A stretch of DNA of 24,336 nucleotides from an uncultured Lachnospiraceae bacterium (GCA_948500385.1 CAOOXE010000052.1:1-24336), one strand, 5' to 3'. Counted from the stretch's first letter, positions 1 through 8,510 are shown. Made by a program: numbers and translations. The notes: generated from the sequence alone by a model not told the origin.

Positions 1-122
1 CCAGAAAAACCACCAATTCCCCCTAATACTTCTGGTCGCATCGTTGCTTGTACATGCTTTTTCATTAGTTCTACTGCTTTATAACCTGCTTCAATATCCA
101 CTCCTGCCTTTTTATAATCCAT
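1..122 (-). CDS. purM: Phosphoribosylformylglycinamidine cyclo-ligase (AIR synthetase), N-terminal 40 aa only; the gene continues beyond the window start
   Basis: Reverse-complement translation from the ATG at 122 gives [40 protein letters not shown], the conserved PurM N-terminus. A GGAGGAAAAAAG Shine-Dalgarno sits upstream (plus strand 123-140). It lies downstream of purE on the same strand. Confidence 0.75.
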   Translation of the reverse strand, partial: MDYKKAGVDIEAGYKAVELMKKHVQATMRPEVLGGIGGFS

Positions 123-273
123 CTTTTTTCCTCCTGCATTTGGTATTCTATTCTTATTTTATCACATTTCGTTTCAAAACACATCTTATTTTTCTTTATC
201 CCATTCATAAGATAGCTTAATAACATCCCACTATATCACAAAACACTACTCAAAAATATCTCTTTGCCAATGA

Positions 274-789
274 TTATGTCATTTGTTTCAGATATTCACG
301 ATAACCAATTTCTTCTAACTTCTCTTTCTTTGCAACAACTCCGTCTTTTAATCCATCTTTATATTCTTTAATTTTATCCAACAACTCTAGATTCGAAGTA
401 GCCAAGATTTCAGCCGCAAGTAATCCTGCATTCATAGCTCCATTGATTGCAACTGTGGCTACTGGAATTCCTGAAGGCATCTGTACAATGGAATATAAAG
501 AATCCACTCCCCCCAAAGCCTTTGTATAGATCGGAACTCCAATTACAGGTAATGGAAAAATAGCTGCTGCCATTCCTGGAAGATGTGCTGCTCCTCCAGC
601 ACCTGCAATAATCACTTTAAACCCCTTACTTTCTGCCGTCTTTGCATAGTGAAAGAAAATATCAGGCATCCTGTGAGCAGAGATAACCGTAACATCATAG
701 CTGATTCCCAATTTATCCAAAATCTCACATGCCTTACACATAATTGGTAAGTCTGAATCACTTCCCATAACAATTCCCACTTCTGGCAT
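274..789 (-). CDS. purE: N5-carboxyaminoimidazole ribonucleotide mutase (PurE)
   Basis: 171 aa. Characteristic PurE sequence (GIVMGSDSDLPIM, ISAHRMP, IIAGAGGAAHLPGM). The size fits the PurE class. Confidence 0.9.
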   Translation of the reverse strand: MPEVGIVMGSDSDLPIMCKACEILDKLGISYDVTVISAHRMPDIFFHYAKTAESKGFKVIIAGAGGAAHLPGMAAAIFPLPVIGVPIYTKALGGVDSLYSIVQMPSGIPVATVAINGAMNAGLLAAEILATSNLELLDKIKEYKDGLKDGVVAKKEKLEEIGYREYLKQMT

Positions 790-910
790 ATCAAATCCCT
801 CTCTTTCTTTTTATAAATTAGATTCGTCAAAAAGATATTTTTGAGCAGTGTTTTATTATATAGGAATACTCTGTCAGCTTTTATTTTACAATACTGACAG
901 AGAACAACTG

Positions 911-2953
911 TTAAATATTTAAAAGTTCTGTTCCTGGCAAAACAAATTTTCCATCAGAAAGTAACACAACCTTTCCCCCTTCTTTTTGACAACAGGCAAT
1001 CTCTCCAATCTCCTCATAAGGAATTGTTATATCAGTATGACAATTAAAATAGGCTTTTTCTACTTCTGTTTTGCGAAGTTGGCTAAATGCATTTTCCCTA
1101 GCGATTACTTCTTTTCCATCGGGATTCCATACAAGAACCTCTTCTTCCCAACTATAGCAAGTATCTCCAACTGCAAAATGAGGCCCCATTTTCTCTACAA
1201 TTAAAATTGGAAGTTTTTGTAAAATTCCATATTTTTTTGCCATAGCATAAGCTACGGTATTGGTTCCTATTGCAAATTCTCCAAGAGGAAGGGTTTCATG
1301 TCCTTGCATGACATGCTGTTTTATATAATTGGCATTTTCCTTTTCAGTTTCAAAATTTTTACAAGAATACGCACTAATACAGCCATCTTGAAATTGAATT
1401 TCTAGATCTACAAATTTCAATCCACGCAGAAAAACTTCCTTTACATGAAGGATTCCATTTGTTCCAGCAAGCTTTGGGGAAGTAAACACTTCTCCAAGTG
1501 GAATATTCACATCTGCTAAACAATTTTCAAATCGAGTTTCTCGATTTTTGTCATTTAGTTCTGTTAAATTTACAATTAAATTAGTTCGATTTCCATTTGT
1601 TCCAGTAATTTGCACAAAATCACAAGCATCTAATGCATCAATCAAATACTGTTGCACATTCTGATAGACAGAACAATCTAATGTATTAATTCGTATCGTT
1701 TCTTGAAAAATTTCCTCAAAATGCTCTCCAATTTCTGGTGTTGGAAAAGCAATTATTGTAAAACTGGTTTCCTTAGAAGGGTTATATCGTTCTGCTAACT
1801 GATTTTTCTCATTTTTAAAATCTACCATCCATTTTTGCTGTTTTTTAGAAAGTACAACACATTCTGGCTTACTTACTGGGTGAAATGGTTCCTCTCCAAA
1901 TATTTCTAATACCGCAGGTCCTGCTACATTTCGAAAGTAAGAAGCATACTTTTCATAAATAACTTGTAAAATTGACATCTTTCTTTCATAAAATGCTTTA
2001 TCAAAATAAAGCCCCTCATCTTGACAATGGTCATAATCATATTGTTTATTTGCACAAGTTGCAGTATAACCAACTCTTTGTGTCTTTTGCTTTTCTACGC
2101 TATGTAATCCATAACGAAGCATCACTGGTTCTAATCCAAGTGTAGCAAATATTATAATTGCCTTACGAATCACACGTTCAAAACCAATTGGAAAACAAAT
2201 CTGTACCACTTTTTTCTTAGAAAGATCTTTTTTCGCATGTTCAAAACCTTTTTGGTAACCTTCTACAAAAGTTCTAGCCATTTTTTCAATGGTTTCTTCT
2301 GAAAGCTGATTTAAAAAAGTAGCCATTTGAATTTCTATTTTGGTAATATATTCTCCATAGGAAAACAAATAGCGTAAATCACTCAAATCCTCCTCCAAAA
2401 TAATTTTTTTTGCAAAATCAAAGGAAGGATCACATCCAGCTAAAATCCGCTTTGCATAGATTACATCACTATAATCACTTAAATACCAATAAACTGCATC
2501 AAAGATTTCCTTCTGATTTCCTTCCGTTTCAAATAAATTGTAAAGCTCAATTAACAACTCACAACCAGATACGACTTCCACAAAATTTCCTTCATAAACA
2601 TCTGCAATTAATGCTCTAAGCTCAGTATAAACAAAAGACAATAATTGACCATATTCTTTTCCCAACTTTTGCACTGCATAAGTTGGATTTGCATAACTTT
2701 TCGAATATTGTTCTGGTAAAATATCATAATATAATTGTGTATTATATGCCTGATATTCTTCAAAAGAAAATTGCTTTAATTCTCCACTTTGTTTCTTTTC
2801 CATCAATTCTTTTATCTGTAAAAGAAATCCTGCTATCTGGTAAAAATAATCTCGAAATGGCTCTTTTATTGTATCTTCCAATCGAATCATTGTAATCCGT
2901 TCCATTGATAATTGATAACGTTCTTCTAATAATTCTTTTTCTTCTATTGTCAT
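911..2953 (-). CDS. M29-like (aminopeptidase T/PepS family) metallopeptidase with an about 270-aa N-terminal extension
   Basis: 680-aa ORF. The C-terminal about 410 aa carry M29-type motifs (GEFAIGTN, HFAVGD). The N-terminal about 270 aa have no match I recognise. Family assignment is from motif recognition only. Confidence 0.55.
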   Translation of the reverse strand: MTIEEKELLEERYQLSMERITMIRLEDTIKEPFRDYFYQIAGFLLQIKELMEKKQSGELKQFSFEEYQAYNTQLYYDILPEQYSKSYANPTYAVQKLGKEYGQLLSFVYTELRALIADVYEGNFVEVVSGCELLIELYNLFETEGNQKEIFDAVYWYLSDYSDVIYAKRILAGCDPSFDFAKKIILEEDLSDLRYLFSYGEYITKIEIQMATFLNQLSEETIEKMARTFVEGYQKGFEHAKKDLSKKKVVQICFPIGFERVIRKAIIIFATLGLEPVMLRYGLHSVEKQKTQRVGYTATCANKQYDYDHCQDEGLYFDKAFYERKMSILQVIYEKYASYFRNVAGPAVLEIFGEEPFHPVSKPECVVLSKKQQKWMVDFKNEKNQLAERYNPSKETSFTIIAFPTPEIGEHFEEIFQETIRINTLDCSVYQNVQQYLIDALDACDFVQITGTNGNRTNLIVNLTELNDKNRETRFENCLADVNIPLGEVFTSPKLAGTNGILHVKEVFLRGLKFVDLEIQFQDGCISAYSCKNFETEKENANYIKQHVMQGHETLPLGEFAIGTNTVAYAMAKKYGILQKLPILIVEKMGPHFAVGDTCYSWEEEVLVWNPDGKEVIARENAFSQLRKTEVEKAYFNCHTDITIPYEEIGEIACCQKEGGKVVLLSDGKFVLPGTELLNI

Positions 2954-2971
2954 TCATTCACCCCATTCTTT

Positions 2972-3322
2972 TTATAAACCCAATAAAAAAAGCATCATCA
3001 TACTAATTAATACTGCTGAATTTCCAATACTTCCTATCCATGAAAACAAAAAGAAAATCTCTTCTTCCTGAAAACTTCGAATTCCAAAATACAAACCATA
3101 TCCAGAAAGAAAGATTGCAAGAATACCAAGTACACCAACTTCCAATCCTCCTTCCCCTCTATGCTGAAATGAAATCCAAATGGCTGCTGCACAAGCTAAA
3201 ATAGCCCCAATAGCAAGCAGCGTAGAGAAAATTCCTCCAACTGACTGACTTTTATCAGAAAATTTATATTTTTTACGATTTCCACTATTTATTTTATTTT
3301 TCAATCGGCATCCCTTTTCCAC
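2972..3322 (-). CDS. Small integral membrane protein (3 predicted TM helices), hypothetical
   Basis: 116 aa: basic N-terminus (KNKINSGNRKKYKF) followed by three hydrophobic segments. The start is GTG at 3322, or TTG at about 3304 preceded by AAAGGGA. It overlaps the 3-prime end of the VanZ-like gene by about 11-29 nt, suggesting translational coupling. Confidence 0.5.
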   Translation of the reverse strand: MEKGCRLKNKINSGNRKKYKFSDKSQSVGGIFSTLLAIGAILACAAAIWISFQHRGEGGLEVGVLGILAIFLSGYGLYFGIRSFQEEEIFFLFSWIGSIGNSAVLISMMMLFLLGL

Positions 3323-3770
3323 TCCATTTTCTTACATACTGTGCCATCCAGAAGAGAAGATAACCAAGTATCCCTCCTATCGTATTTAAAAGTAAATCAT
3401 CCACATCAAAACTTCCTACTTTATAAATAAGCTGTGTTGTTTCAATTACTAAACTAAATAGAAAAGTCAGGCAGGTTACGGTATAACAACTTCTAGTACG
3501 TATTGCTAAAAATGGAAGAAAAAATCCAAATGGCATAAGTCCTACTATATTTCCTGCTAGATTTAATAAAACTGCTGTAAATCCTAATTGTTCTCTATAG
3601 TGCCAAAATCGCCAAATTTCCTTAAATAATACCAAATTATAGCGATACGTTTTATCTATTTCTGTATGAGTTCGGCCAAACATTTCCGCAAACAATAAAA
3701 AATATACCAATGCAATTAGATAAACTAAAAAAGCTACCCAACCTGCCAGCTTCCATTCTCTTCGATTCAC
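3294..3770 (-). CDS. VanZ-like family membrane protein
   Basis: 158 aa, multi-TM. The C-terminal motif ETTQLIYKVGSFDVDDLLLNTIGGILGY is typical of VanZ/YoaR-like proteins. Confidence 0.75.
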   Translation of the reverse strand: MNRREWKLAGWVAFLVYLIALVYFLLFAEMFGRTHTEIDKTYRYNLVLFKEIWRFWHYREQLGFTAVLLNLAGNIVGLMPFGFFLPFLAIRTRSCYTVTCLTFLFSLVIETTQLIYKVGSFDVDDLLLNTIGGILGYLLFWMAQYVRKWSGKGMPIEK

Positions 3771-3785
3771 ATTCTATCCCCTTTA

Positions 3786-4019
3786 TCAAAATAATATCTT
3801 TGATTTATTTTTTAACAAAGAAGCTCCGGCAACAATAGATATAATTCCTGTTACAATTCCTGTTACCAAAAGAATGACCCCTATTGTAATACTTGCTGCT
3901 CCTGCCCTTCCCATTGTTTTATATGCTTCTTCTCCCATATTCCTACTCCCTTTCCGATTCCATACCTCTAACTGTTTTTGAGCTTGTTCTTTTTCTTCTT
4001 GATTTTCTAATTCTTTCAC
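3786..4019 (-). CDS. Small membrane protein, hypothetical (77 aa from GTG; more likely 50 aa from the internal ATG at 3938)
   Basis: C-terminal single TM helix (ITIGVILLVTGIVTGIISIVAGASLL). The track start at 4019 is GTG with a weak SD. The internal ATG at 3938 is preceded by AAAGGGAG at good spacing, giving MGEEAYKTMGRAG... Confidence 0.45.
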   Translation of the reverse strand: MKELENQEEKEQAQKQLEVWNRKGSRNMGEEAYKTMGRAGAASITIGVILLVTGIVTGIISIVAGASLLKNKSKILF

Positions 4020-4037
4020 TTTCTACCACTTACTTTC

Positions 4038-4715
4038 TTACTTTAATGCACCATACTTTTGATAATAAGCATCAATTGCTGTTTTTATAGTATCATCGAT
4101 AATGATCTTTCCTTTATATGGACGATTATAAAGATACTCCATCACTTCTTCCATCGTTACAATTGCTGTTGTCTCCATCTCATACGTATCCTGAATTTCT
4201 GCTAGTGCACTCTTTTCTCCATGCCCACGTTCCATTCTATCTACAGAAACTACCAAACCAATAATTTGAATATCGCCTTGTGCTTTTACAATTGGAAGTG
4301 TTTCCTGAATTGAAGTTCCAGCTGTTGTAACATCTTCAATAATCAAAACACGATCTCCATCACAGATTGGACTTCCCAGTAAAATCCCAGTATCTCCATG
4401 ATCTTTTGCTTCTTTTCGATTGGAACAATAACGAATATCTACCTGATACAATTCACTAATTTCCATTGCTGTTGCAACAGAAAGTGGAATCCCCTTATAA
4501 GCTGGTCCAAACAATATATCAAACTCCAATCCAAACTTATCTTGAATCGCCTTAGCATAAAATTCACCTAATTTTTTTAACTGTGCACCTGTACGATAAA
4601 ATCCCGTATTAATAAAAAATGGCGTCTTTCTACCACTCTTAGTAACAAAATCACCAAATTTCAAAACGCCACAATCCACCATAAATCCGATAAAATCCTG
4701 CTTATACTGTTCCAT
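4038..4715 (-). CDS. pyrE: Orotate phosphoribosyltransferase
   Basis: 225 aa. N-terminus MEQYKQDFIGFMVDCGVLKFGDFVTKSGRKTPFFINTG and PRPP-binding motif VLIIEDVTTAGTS. SD AAGGAG 7 nt upstream of the ATG. Confidence 0.92.
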   Translation of the reverse strand: MEQYKQDFIGFMVDCGVLKFGDFVTKSGRKTPFFINTGFYRTGAQLKKLGEFYAKAIQDKFGLEFDILFGPAYKGIPLSVATAMEISELYQVDIRYCSNRKEAKDHGDTGILLGSPICDGDRVLIIEDVTTAGTSIQETLPIVKAQGDIQIIGLVVSVDRMERGHGEKSALAEIQDTYEMETTAIVTMEEVMEYLYNRPYKGKIIIDDTIKTAIDAYYQKYGALK

Positions 4716-5464
4716 ATGTCTATACTCCTTATTTTTTTGGCTTTTAACAGCCTATTTTACATTTTTATGTTATTTTACTTTCTATTATTTTTATTGGTTT
4801 GCAATTTCATCGTTTTTTAGTATAGCATTATCTTTTTTAATATTCAAGGGTTATTAATAACTTCTTTCATAATTTTACCTTATTTTAAAATATTCATTTC
4901 TTTTTCATAAGCCTTAAAAACATAAAATAAGTAAGATAAATATTAAATTTTTAAATAAAAACTTTTTTAGATTATTTCTATTTAAAAAATCTATTTCCTT
5001 ATAATGATACTACAATATAAAACTAGATAGTATAAAAAATCTTACCATAGAAGTTATAAGACAATTTACCATTATATTATTATATTTCTATTTATAATTA
5101 ATATTTAGAATAAACTGAAAAATTCTATGATAAACATATAGAAACATAATCTTTAATAAATTTAACCCTATCAACTTCTTTAAAAAGTTAATAATTTATT
5201 TTTATTTTAAAGAATAAAGAGGAAAAGGGAACAATTTTTACAACAGATAATACATTCTGCAAATTATTTTTACAGTAATAATAAAAAATATCATTACCAA
5301 TAAACAAATTTCTGCATAAAAACATAATTTTTTACTATTTGGAGATTGATTGAAACAACAAAATATCTACTGTATTTCTAATCTCCATTAAAAATTGTTA
5401 TTTCTTATTACAAAAAGAAAAATCCCTTGATAAATCTCTTAAAGTAGCATACTCTACGAAAACT
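4716..5464. other. 750-bp extremely AT-rich non-coding spacer inside the pyr gene cluster (between pyrD stop and pyrE start)
   Basis: No ORF of 60 aa or more in any frame. By eye the GC content is under about 20%, against about 32% in flanking coding DNA. Long A/T runs throughout. Contains the inverted repeat GGAGATT...AATCTCC (5341-5386) and a duplicated 12-mer TATTTCTATTTA (about 4973 and 5086). Confidence 0.7.
4819..4847 (-). promoter_or_regulatory. Candidate sigma-70-type promoter for pyrE (TTGAAT-17-TATACT), about 100 nt upstream of the pyrE ATG
   Basis: Minus-strand TTGAAT (plus 4842-4847), 17-nt spacer, TATACT (plus 4819-4824). Confidence 0.3.
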
Positions 5465-6367
5465 CTATTTTACACATCCTACTAACTCTCCAATCTCATT
5501 TACCCCATGTTTTTTCATATACTGTTCTATTCCTTCTATAACTTCCAAAGTAGCAGTAGGGCAAAAGAAATTTGCTGTTCCAACGGAAACTGCTGTCGCA
5601 CCAGCTAGTATAAATTCTATCGCATCTTCTGCTGTTTGGATTCCTCCCATTCCAATCACGGGAATCTTTACTGCATTTGCTGCCTCGTAAACCATACGTA
5701 CTGCCACTGGTTTTATTGCTGGCCCTGATAAGCCACCTGTCTTATTTGCTAAAGCAAATGTTCTCTTTTCAATATCAATTTTCATTCCAGTCAATGTATT
5801 AATCAAAGACAACGCATCTGCTCCTCCTGCCTCTGCTGCCTTTGCCATATCTGCAATACTAGTAACATTTGGACTTAATTTCATAATAATTGGCTGTTTT
5901 GCACGTTTTTTCAATTCTTTTGTAATCGCTTCTACTGCTTTTGCATCTTGTCCAAAAGCAATTCCTCCTTCTTTTACATTTGGACAAGAAATATTGATTT
6001 CCATTAGATCAATTTCTTCTTCTGCAAGACATTCTACTACTTCACAATAATCTTCTGTTGTCTTTCCACATACGTTTACAATAATCTTTGTATCATATTG
6101 TTTTAAAAATGGAATATCTCTCTTTCGAAATACATCGATTCCTGGATTTTGCAGTCCAATTGCATTTAACATTCCACCATAAGTTTCTGCAATTCTTGGT
6201 GTTGGATTTCCAGGCCACGGCACATTTGCTACCCCTTTTGTCACAACTGCTCCTAATCGATTTAAATCTACAAAATCACAATATTCTGCTCCCGATCCAA
6301 ATGTTCCAGAAGCTGTCATAACTGGGTTTTTTAATTCTACACCTGCAATGTTTACTTTTGTATTCAT
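5465..6367 (-). CDS. pyrD: Dihydroorotate dehydrogenase, catalytic subunit (class 1B)
   Basis: 300 aa with PyrD family motifs (NPVMTASGTFGSG, ISCPN, GGLSGPAIKP). The start overlaps the pyrK stop (ATGA). Confidence 0.92.
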   Translation of the reverse strand: MNTKVNIAGVELKNPVMTASGTFGSGAEYCDFVDLNRLGAVVTKGVANVPWPGNPTPRIAETYGGMLNAIGLQNPGIDVFRKRDIPFLKQYDTKIIVNVCGKTTEDYCEVVECLAEEEIDLMEINISCPNVKEGGIAFGQDAKAVEAITKELKKRAKQPIIMKLSPNVTSIADMAKAAEAGGADALSLINTLTGMKIDIEKRTFALANKTGGLSGPAIKPVAVRMVYEAANAVKIPVIGMGGIQTAEDAIEFILAGATAVSVGTANFFCPTATLEVIEGIEQYMKKHGVNEIGELVGCVK

Positions 6368-7149
6368 TAAAGTTCCACCTCCTCCGCATCAAAAACTGGC
6401 CCATCTTTACAAATCCGCTTATTATGTACATGGGAATGTTCATCTACTTCCTTTGACTGACAGACACAAGCTAAACATGCGCCTATTCCACAGGCCATCT
6501 TTTCTTCCAGAGAAATCTGTGCTGGAATTCCTTTTTCTTTTGCATAACTTTGTACTGCCCGAAGCATTGGTGTTGGCCCACAAGCATAGATCTGTTCTGC
6601 TTCAAAATGTTTTCCTTGAATTACATCTAATACATTTCCTTTGATTCCTGCACTTCCATCTTCTGTTGAAATAGAAACCGTTCCATACTGTTTTAATTCT
6701 TCTATCAAAAATAATTCTTTTCCATTTCGATACCCTAATATAATTTCTTTCTCTCCCTGCAGTCTTTTTGCAAGTTCCAACAATGGTGGGATTCCAATTC
6801 CTCCTCCAATTAGATATGCCTTTTTATGTTCCTTTAATCGATACCCGTTCCCTAAAGGCCCCATAATATCCAATCTATCACCACTCTTGTAAGAGGAAAA
6901 CTCTTTTGTTCCCTCTCCCACAATCCGATAAACCACTCGGAGCCTGTTCTGTTCTTTTTCTACTTCACAGATACTAATTGGTCTTGGAAGAAGTCTAGAA
7001 CCTTCTTTACAATAGATAGAAAGGAACTGCCCTGGCTGCGCAGCTTTCGCAATAGATTCTGTTTGGAACCAAATACTATAAATATCGGTTGCAATTTTAT
7101 CTTGTTTTATAATAACTGCCTGTTCTTTCCATTTCCATTGATTCTCCAT
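6367..7149 (-). CDS. pyrK: Dihydroorotate dehydrogenase electron-transfer subunit (FAD/2Fe-2S)
   Basis: 260 aa. C-terminal cysteine cluster CGIGACLACVC. Position immediately upstream of pyrD with a 4-nt overlap. SD AAAGGA upstream. Confidence 0.9.
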   Translation of the reverse strand: MENQWKWKEQAVIIKQDKIATDIYSIWFQTESIAKAAQPGQFLSIYCKEGSRLLPRPISICEVEKEQNRLRVVYRIVGEGTKEFSSYKSGDRLDIMGPLGNGYRLKEHKKAYLIGGGIGIPPLLELAKRLQGEKEIILGYRNGKELFLIEELKQYGTVSISTEDGSAGIKGNVLDVIQGKHFEAEQIYACGPTPMLRAVQSYAKEKGIPAQISLEEKMACGIGACLACVCQSKEVDEHSHVHNKRICKDGPVFDAEEVEL

Positions 7150-7191
7150 ATCAACATTTTCCTTTCCATTTTATTTCTGTATCTCTATCTT

Positions 7192-8115
7192 TTATTTCGA
7201 AAGTGCTTCATTAATGTCAGTAATCATGTCTATTACTGCTTGACGGGCTGCATCTGCATAATGCTCCTCGCCAAACGAAGCATACTTTTCATTTTTATAA
7301 GCTGCAATAATTCCCCGAGAAGAATTTACAATAGCTCCCAATCCATCTTTATGGAAATAATGTACCAAATCTTGTGCTTTTCCGCCTTGTGCTCCATATC
7401 CTGGTACCAAAATATAAGTTTTTGGCATTAACTTGCGAAGAACTTTTCCCATCTCTGGATAAGTAGCCCCTACTACAGCACCAATATAACTATACGTTTC
7501 TCCCATATGTGCCTCTCCCCATTTGGCCACTTGTTCCCCCACTAATTCATACAAAGGTCTGCCATCAACCAGTTTGTCTTGAAATTCTCCACTAGAAGGA
7601 TTTGATGTCTTAACTAAAATAAATAATCCCTTTCTTTCCTCTTTACATACATCTAAAAATGGCTGAACTCCATCTGTACCAAAATAAGGATTTACTGTAG
7701 CAAAATCCTCATTAAAAACAGAATATCTTTTATTTCCTATCTGTACTTTTCCTAAATGGGCTTCTGCATAAGCAGCAGAAGTTGAGCCAATATCTCCTCT
7801 CTTTATATCTCCAATTACTACTAATCCTTTTTCTTTTGCGTAGGCACAAGTCTTTTGAAATACTTTTAATCCTTCCAGCCCAAACTGTTCATACATTGCA
7901 ATCTGTGGCTTTATTGCAGGAATCAAATCAAAAGTCGCATCAATAATTCCTTTATTAAACTGCCAAGCTGCTTCCGCTGCCGCTTCTAACGTCTCTCCCA
8001 TTTCTGCAAATACTTTACTGCAAATTTCTTTTGGAATATAATTCATCATTGGATCTAAGCCTACTACAATTGGTGCATTTGTCTTTTTAATTTTTGCTAC
8101 TAATTGGTTAATCAT
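7192..8115 (-). CDS. pyrF: Orotidine 5-prime-phosphate decarboxylase, long (type 2) form
   Basis: 307 aa. N-terminal VVGLDP and a conserved DIKRGDIGST motif. The length matches the type-2 PyrF found in Clostridia and Actinobacteria. SD GGAGAAAAAG upstream. Confidence 0.85.
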   Translation of the reverse strand: MINQLVAKIKKTNAPIVVGLDPMMNYIPKEICSKVFAEMGETLEAAAEAAWQFNKGIIDATFDLIPAIKPQIAMYEQFGLEGLKVFQKTCAYAKEKGLVVIGDIKRGDIGSTSAAYAEAHLGKVQIGNKRYSVFNEDFATVNPYFGTDGVQPFLDVCKEERKGLFILVKTSNPSSGEFQDKLVDGRPLYELVGEQVAKWGEAHMGETYSYIGAVVGATYPEMGKVLRKLMPKTYILVPGYGAQGGKAQDLVHYFHKDGLGAIVNSSRGIIAAYKNEKYASFGEEHYADAARQAVIDMITDINEALSK

Positions 8116-8153
8116 TCTTTTTCTCCTTTTGCCTTTTATTCTATTTTTAACAT

Positions 8154-8182
8154 TTTAGCATAAAGAAAGTATCCATTCAAGA
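8154..8182 (-). promoter_or_regulatory. Candidate sigma-70-type promoter of the pyrF-pyrK-pyrD transcript (TTGAAT-17-TAAAAT)
   Basis: Minus-strand TTGAAT (plus 8177-8182), 17-nt spacer, TAAAAT (plus 8154-8159), about 38 nt upstream of the pyrF ATG. The leader is too short for a PyrR-type attenuator. Confidence 0.4.
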
Positions 8183-8231
8183 AATCCCAAAAAATTATTT
8201 TAAAAAATAGATTTCCTTAAATAAATTAATT

Positions 8232-8483
8232 TTACTTAAACAGCCTTTGATATCGTTCTTTTACTTTATTATATTCCTCTTCCGTTACAGGTTCTTCATT
8301 TATAAAATAGGTAGTTTCCTCTATATGCTCTAATCCAAAAGAAAGACTCTGTTCTATCTCTCCCTCTTTATAATCATAGATTTTTCTTTCTGAATAATAC
8401 CAGCAAATCCTCCAAAAGTTCCACTTACATACTTCCATTCCACTACAAAACAATAGTAATATCAATAAAATATAGTTTATCAT
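8232..8483 (-). CDS. Small hypothetical protein with N-terminal hydrophobic signal/anchor and acidic C-terminal domain
   Basis: 83 aa (MINYILLILLLFCSG...). Strong SD GTGGAGGTTAA directly before the ATG. It starts 27 nt after the stop of the upstream phosphatase gene. Confidence 0.5.
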   Translation of the reverse strand: MINYILLILLLFCSGMEVCKWNFWRICWYYSERKIYDYKEGEIEQSLSFGLEHIEETTYFINEEPVTEEEYNKVKERYQRLFK

Positions 8484-8510
8484 TTAACCTCCACTTTTAC
8501 GCAATTTTTC

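Noticed and set aside
123-273. Possible internal promoter between purE and purM (TGaTAAAAT extended -10 about 60 nt upstream of purM)
   Set aside because: No acceptable -35 element at 16-18 nt spacing. Co-transcription from purE is the simpler explanation, so it is not reported as a feature.
612-830. Minus-strand 72-aa ORF overlapping purE in another frame. Likewise 2760-2957 inside the M29 gene, 11244-11432 inside trpS and 17764-18000 inside coaE
   Set aside because: Out-of-frame overlaps with high-confidence conserved genes. The Arg/Lys-rich or low-complexity translations are typical of frame-shifted reading of real genes.
910-913. My manual base count puts the M29-gene stop codon at 910-912, whereas the ORF track gives 911-913
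   Set aside because: This is almost certainly a 1-nt counting slip on my side somewhere in the 2-kb gene, since the track ORF is continuous. I kept the track coordinates. Small-motif coordinates elsewhere carry the same possible off-by-one error.
986-1204. Plus-strand ORFs in the track (986-1204, 2410-2619, 2683-2895, 3893-4090, 6088-6321, 6348-6644, 6641-6892, 7063-7431, 9467-9652, 10104-10322, 14314-14583, 16982-17164, 17289-17654, 17756-18022, 18629-18895, 18994-19182, 19433-19654, 22113-22343, 23545-23769)
   Set aside because: Every one lies antisense inside a long, well-supported minus-strand gene. Several start with TTG or GTG. The products are low-complexity (Leu/Phe/Ile-rich) with no SD or recognisable motif. 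These are typical shadow ORFs of AT-rich coding DNA.
4739-4752. Small hairpin GGCTTTTAACAGCC just upstream of pyrE
   Set aside because: Only a 4-bp stem. On the gene (minus) strand it is followed by an A-run rather than a U-run. It would terminate only a plus-strand transcript, and no plus-strand gene exists here.
5341-5386. GGAGATT...AATCTCC inverted repeat and adjacent GGAGATTGATTG-initiated 13-codon mini-ORF (MKQQNIYCISNLH) on the plus strand inside the AT-rich spacer
   Set aside because: The hairpin has a 32-nt loop and no flanking U-tract on either strand, so it is not a terminator. The mini-ORF has a 4-nt SD spacing and a TTG start. It is probably chance, but is mentioned under the spacer finding.
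8181-8219. AAGAAATC...GATTTCCT imperfect inverted repeat downstream of the 83-aa gene
   Set aside because: 7/8-bp AT-rich stem with a 23-nt loop and no U-tract. It overlaps the predicted pyrF -35 region, and there is too little evidence to call it a terminator or operator.
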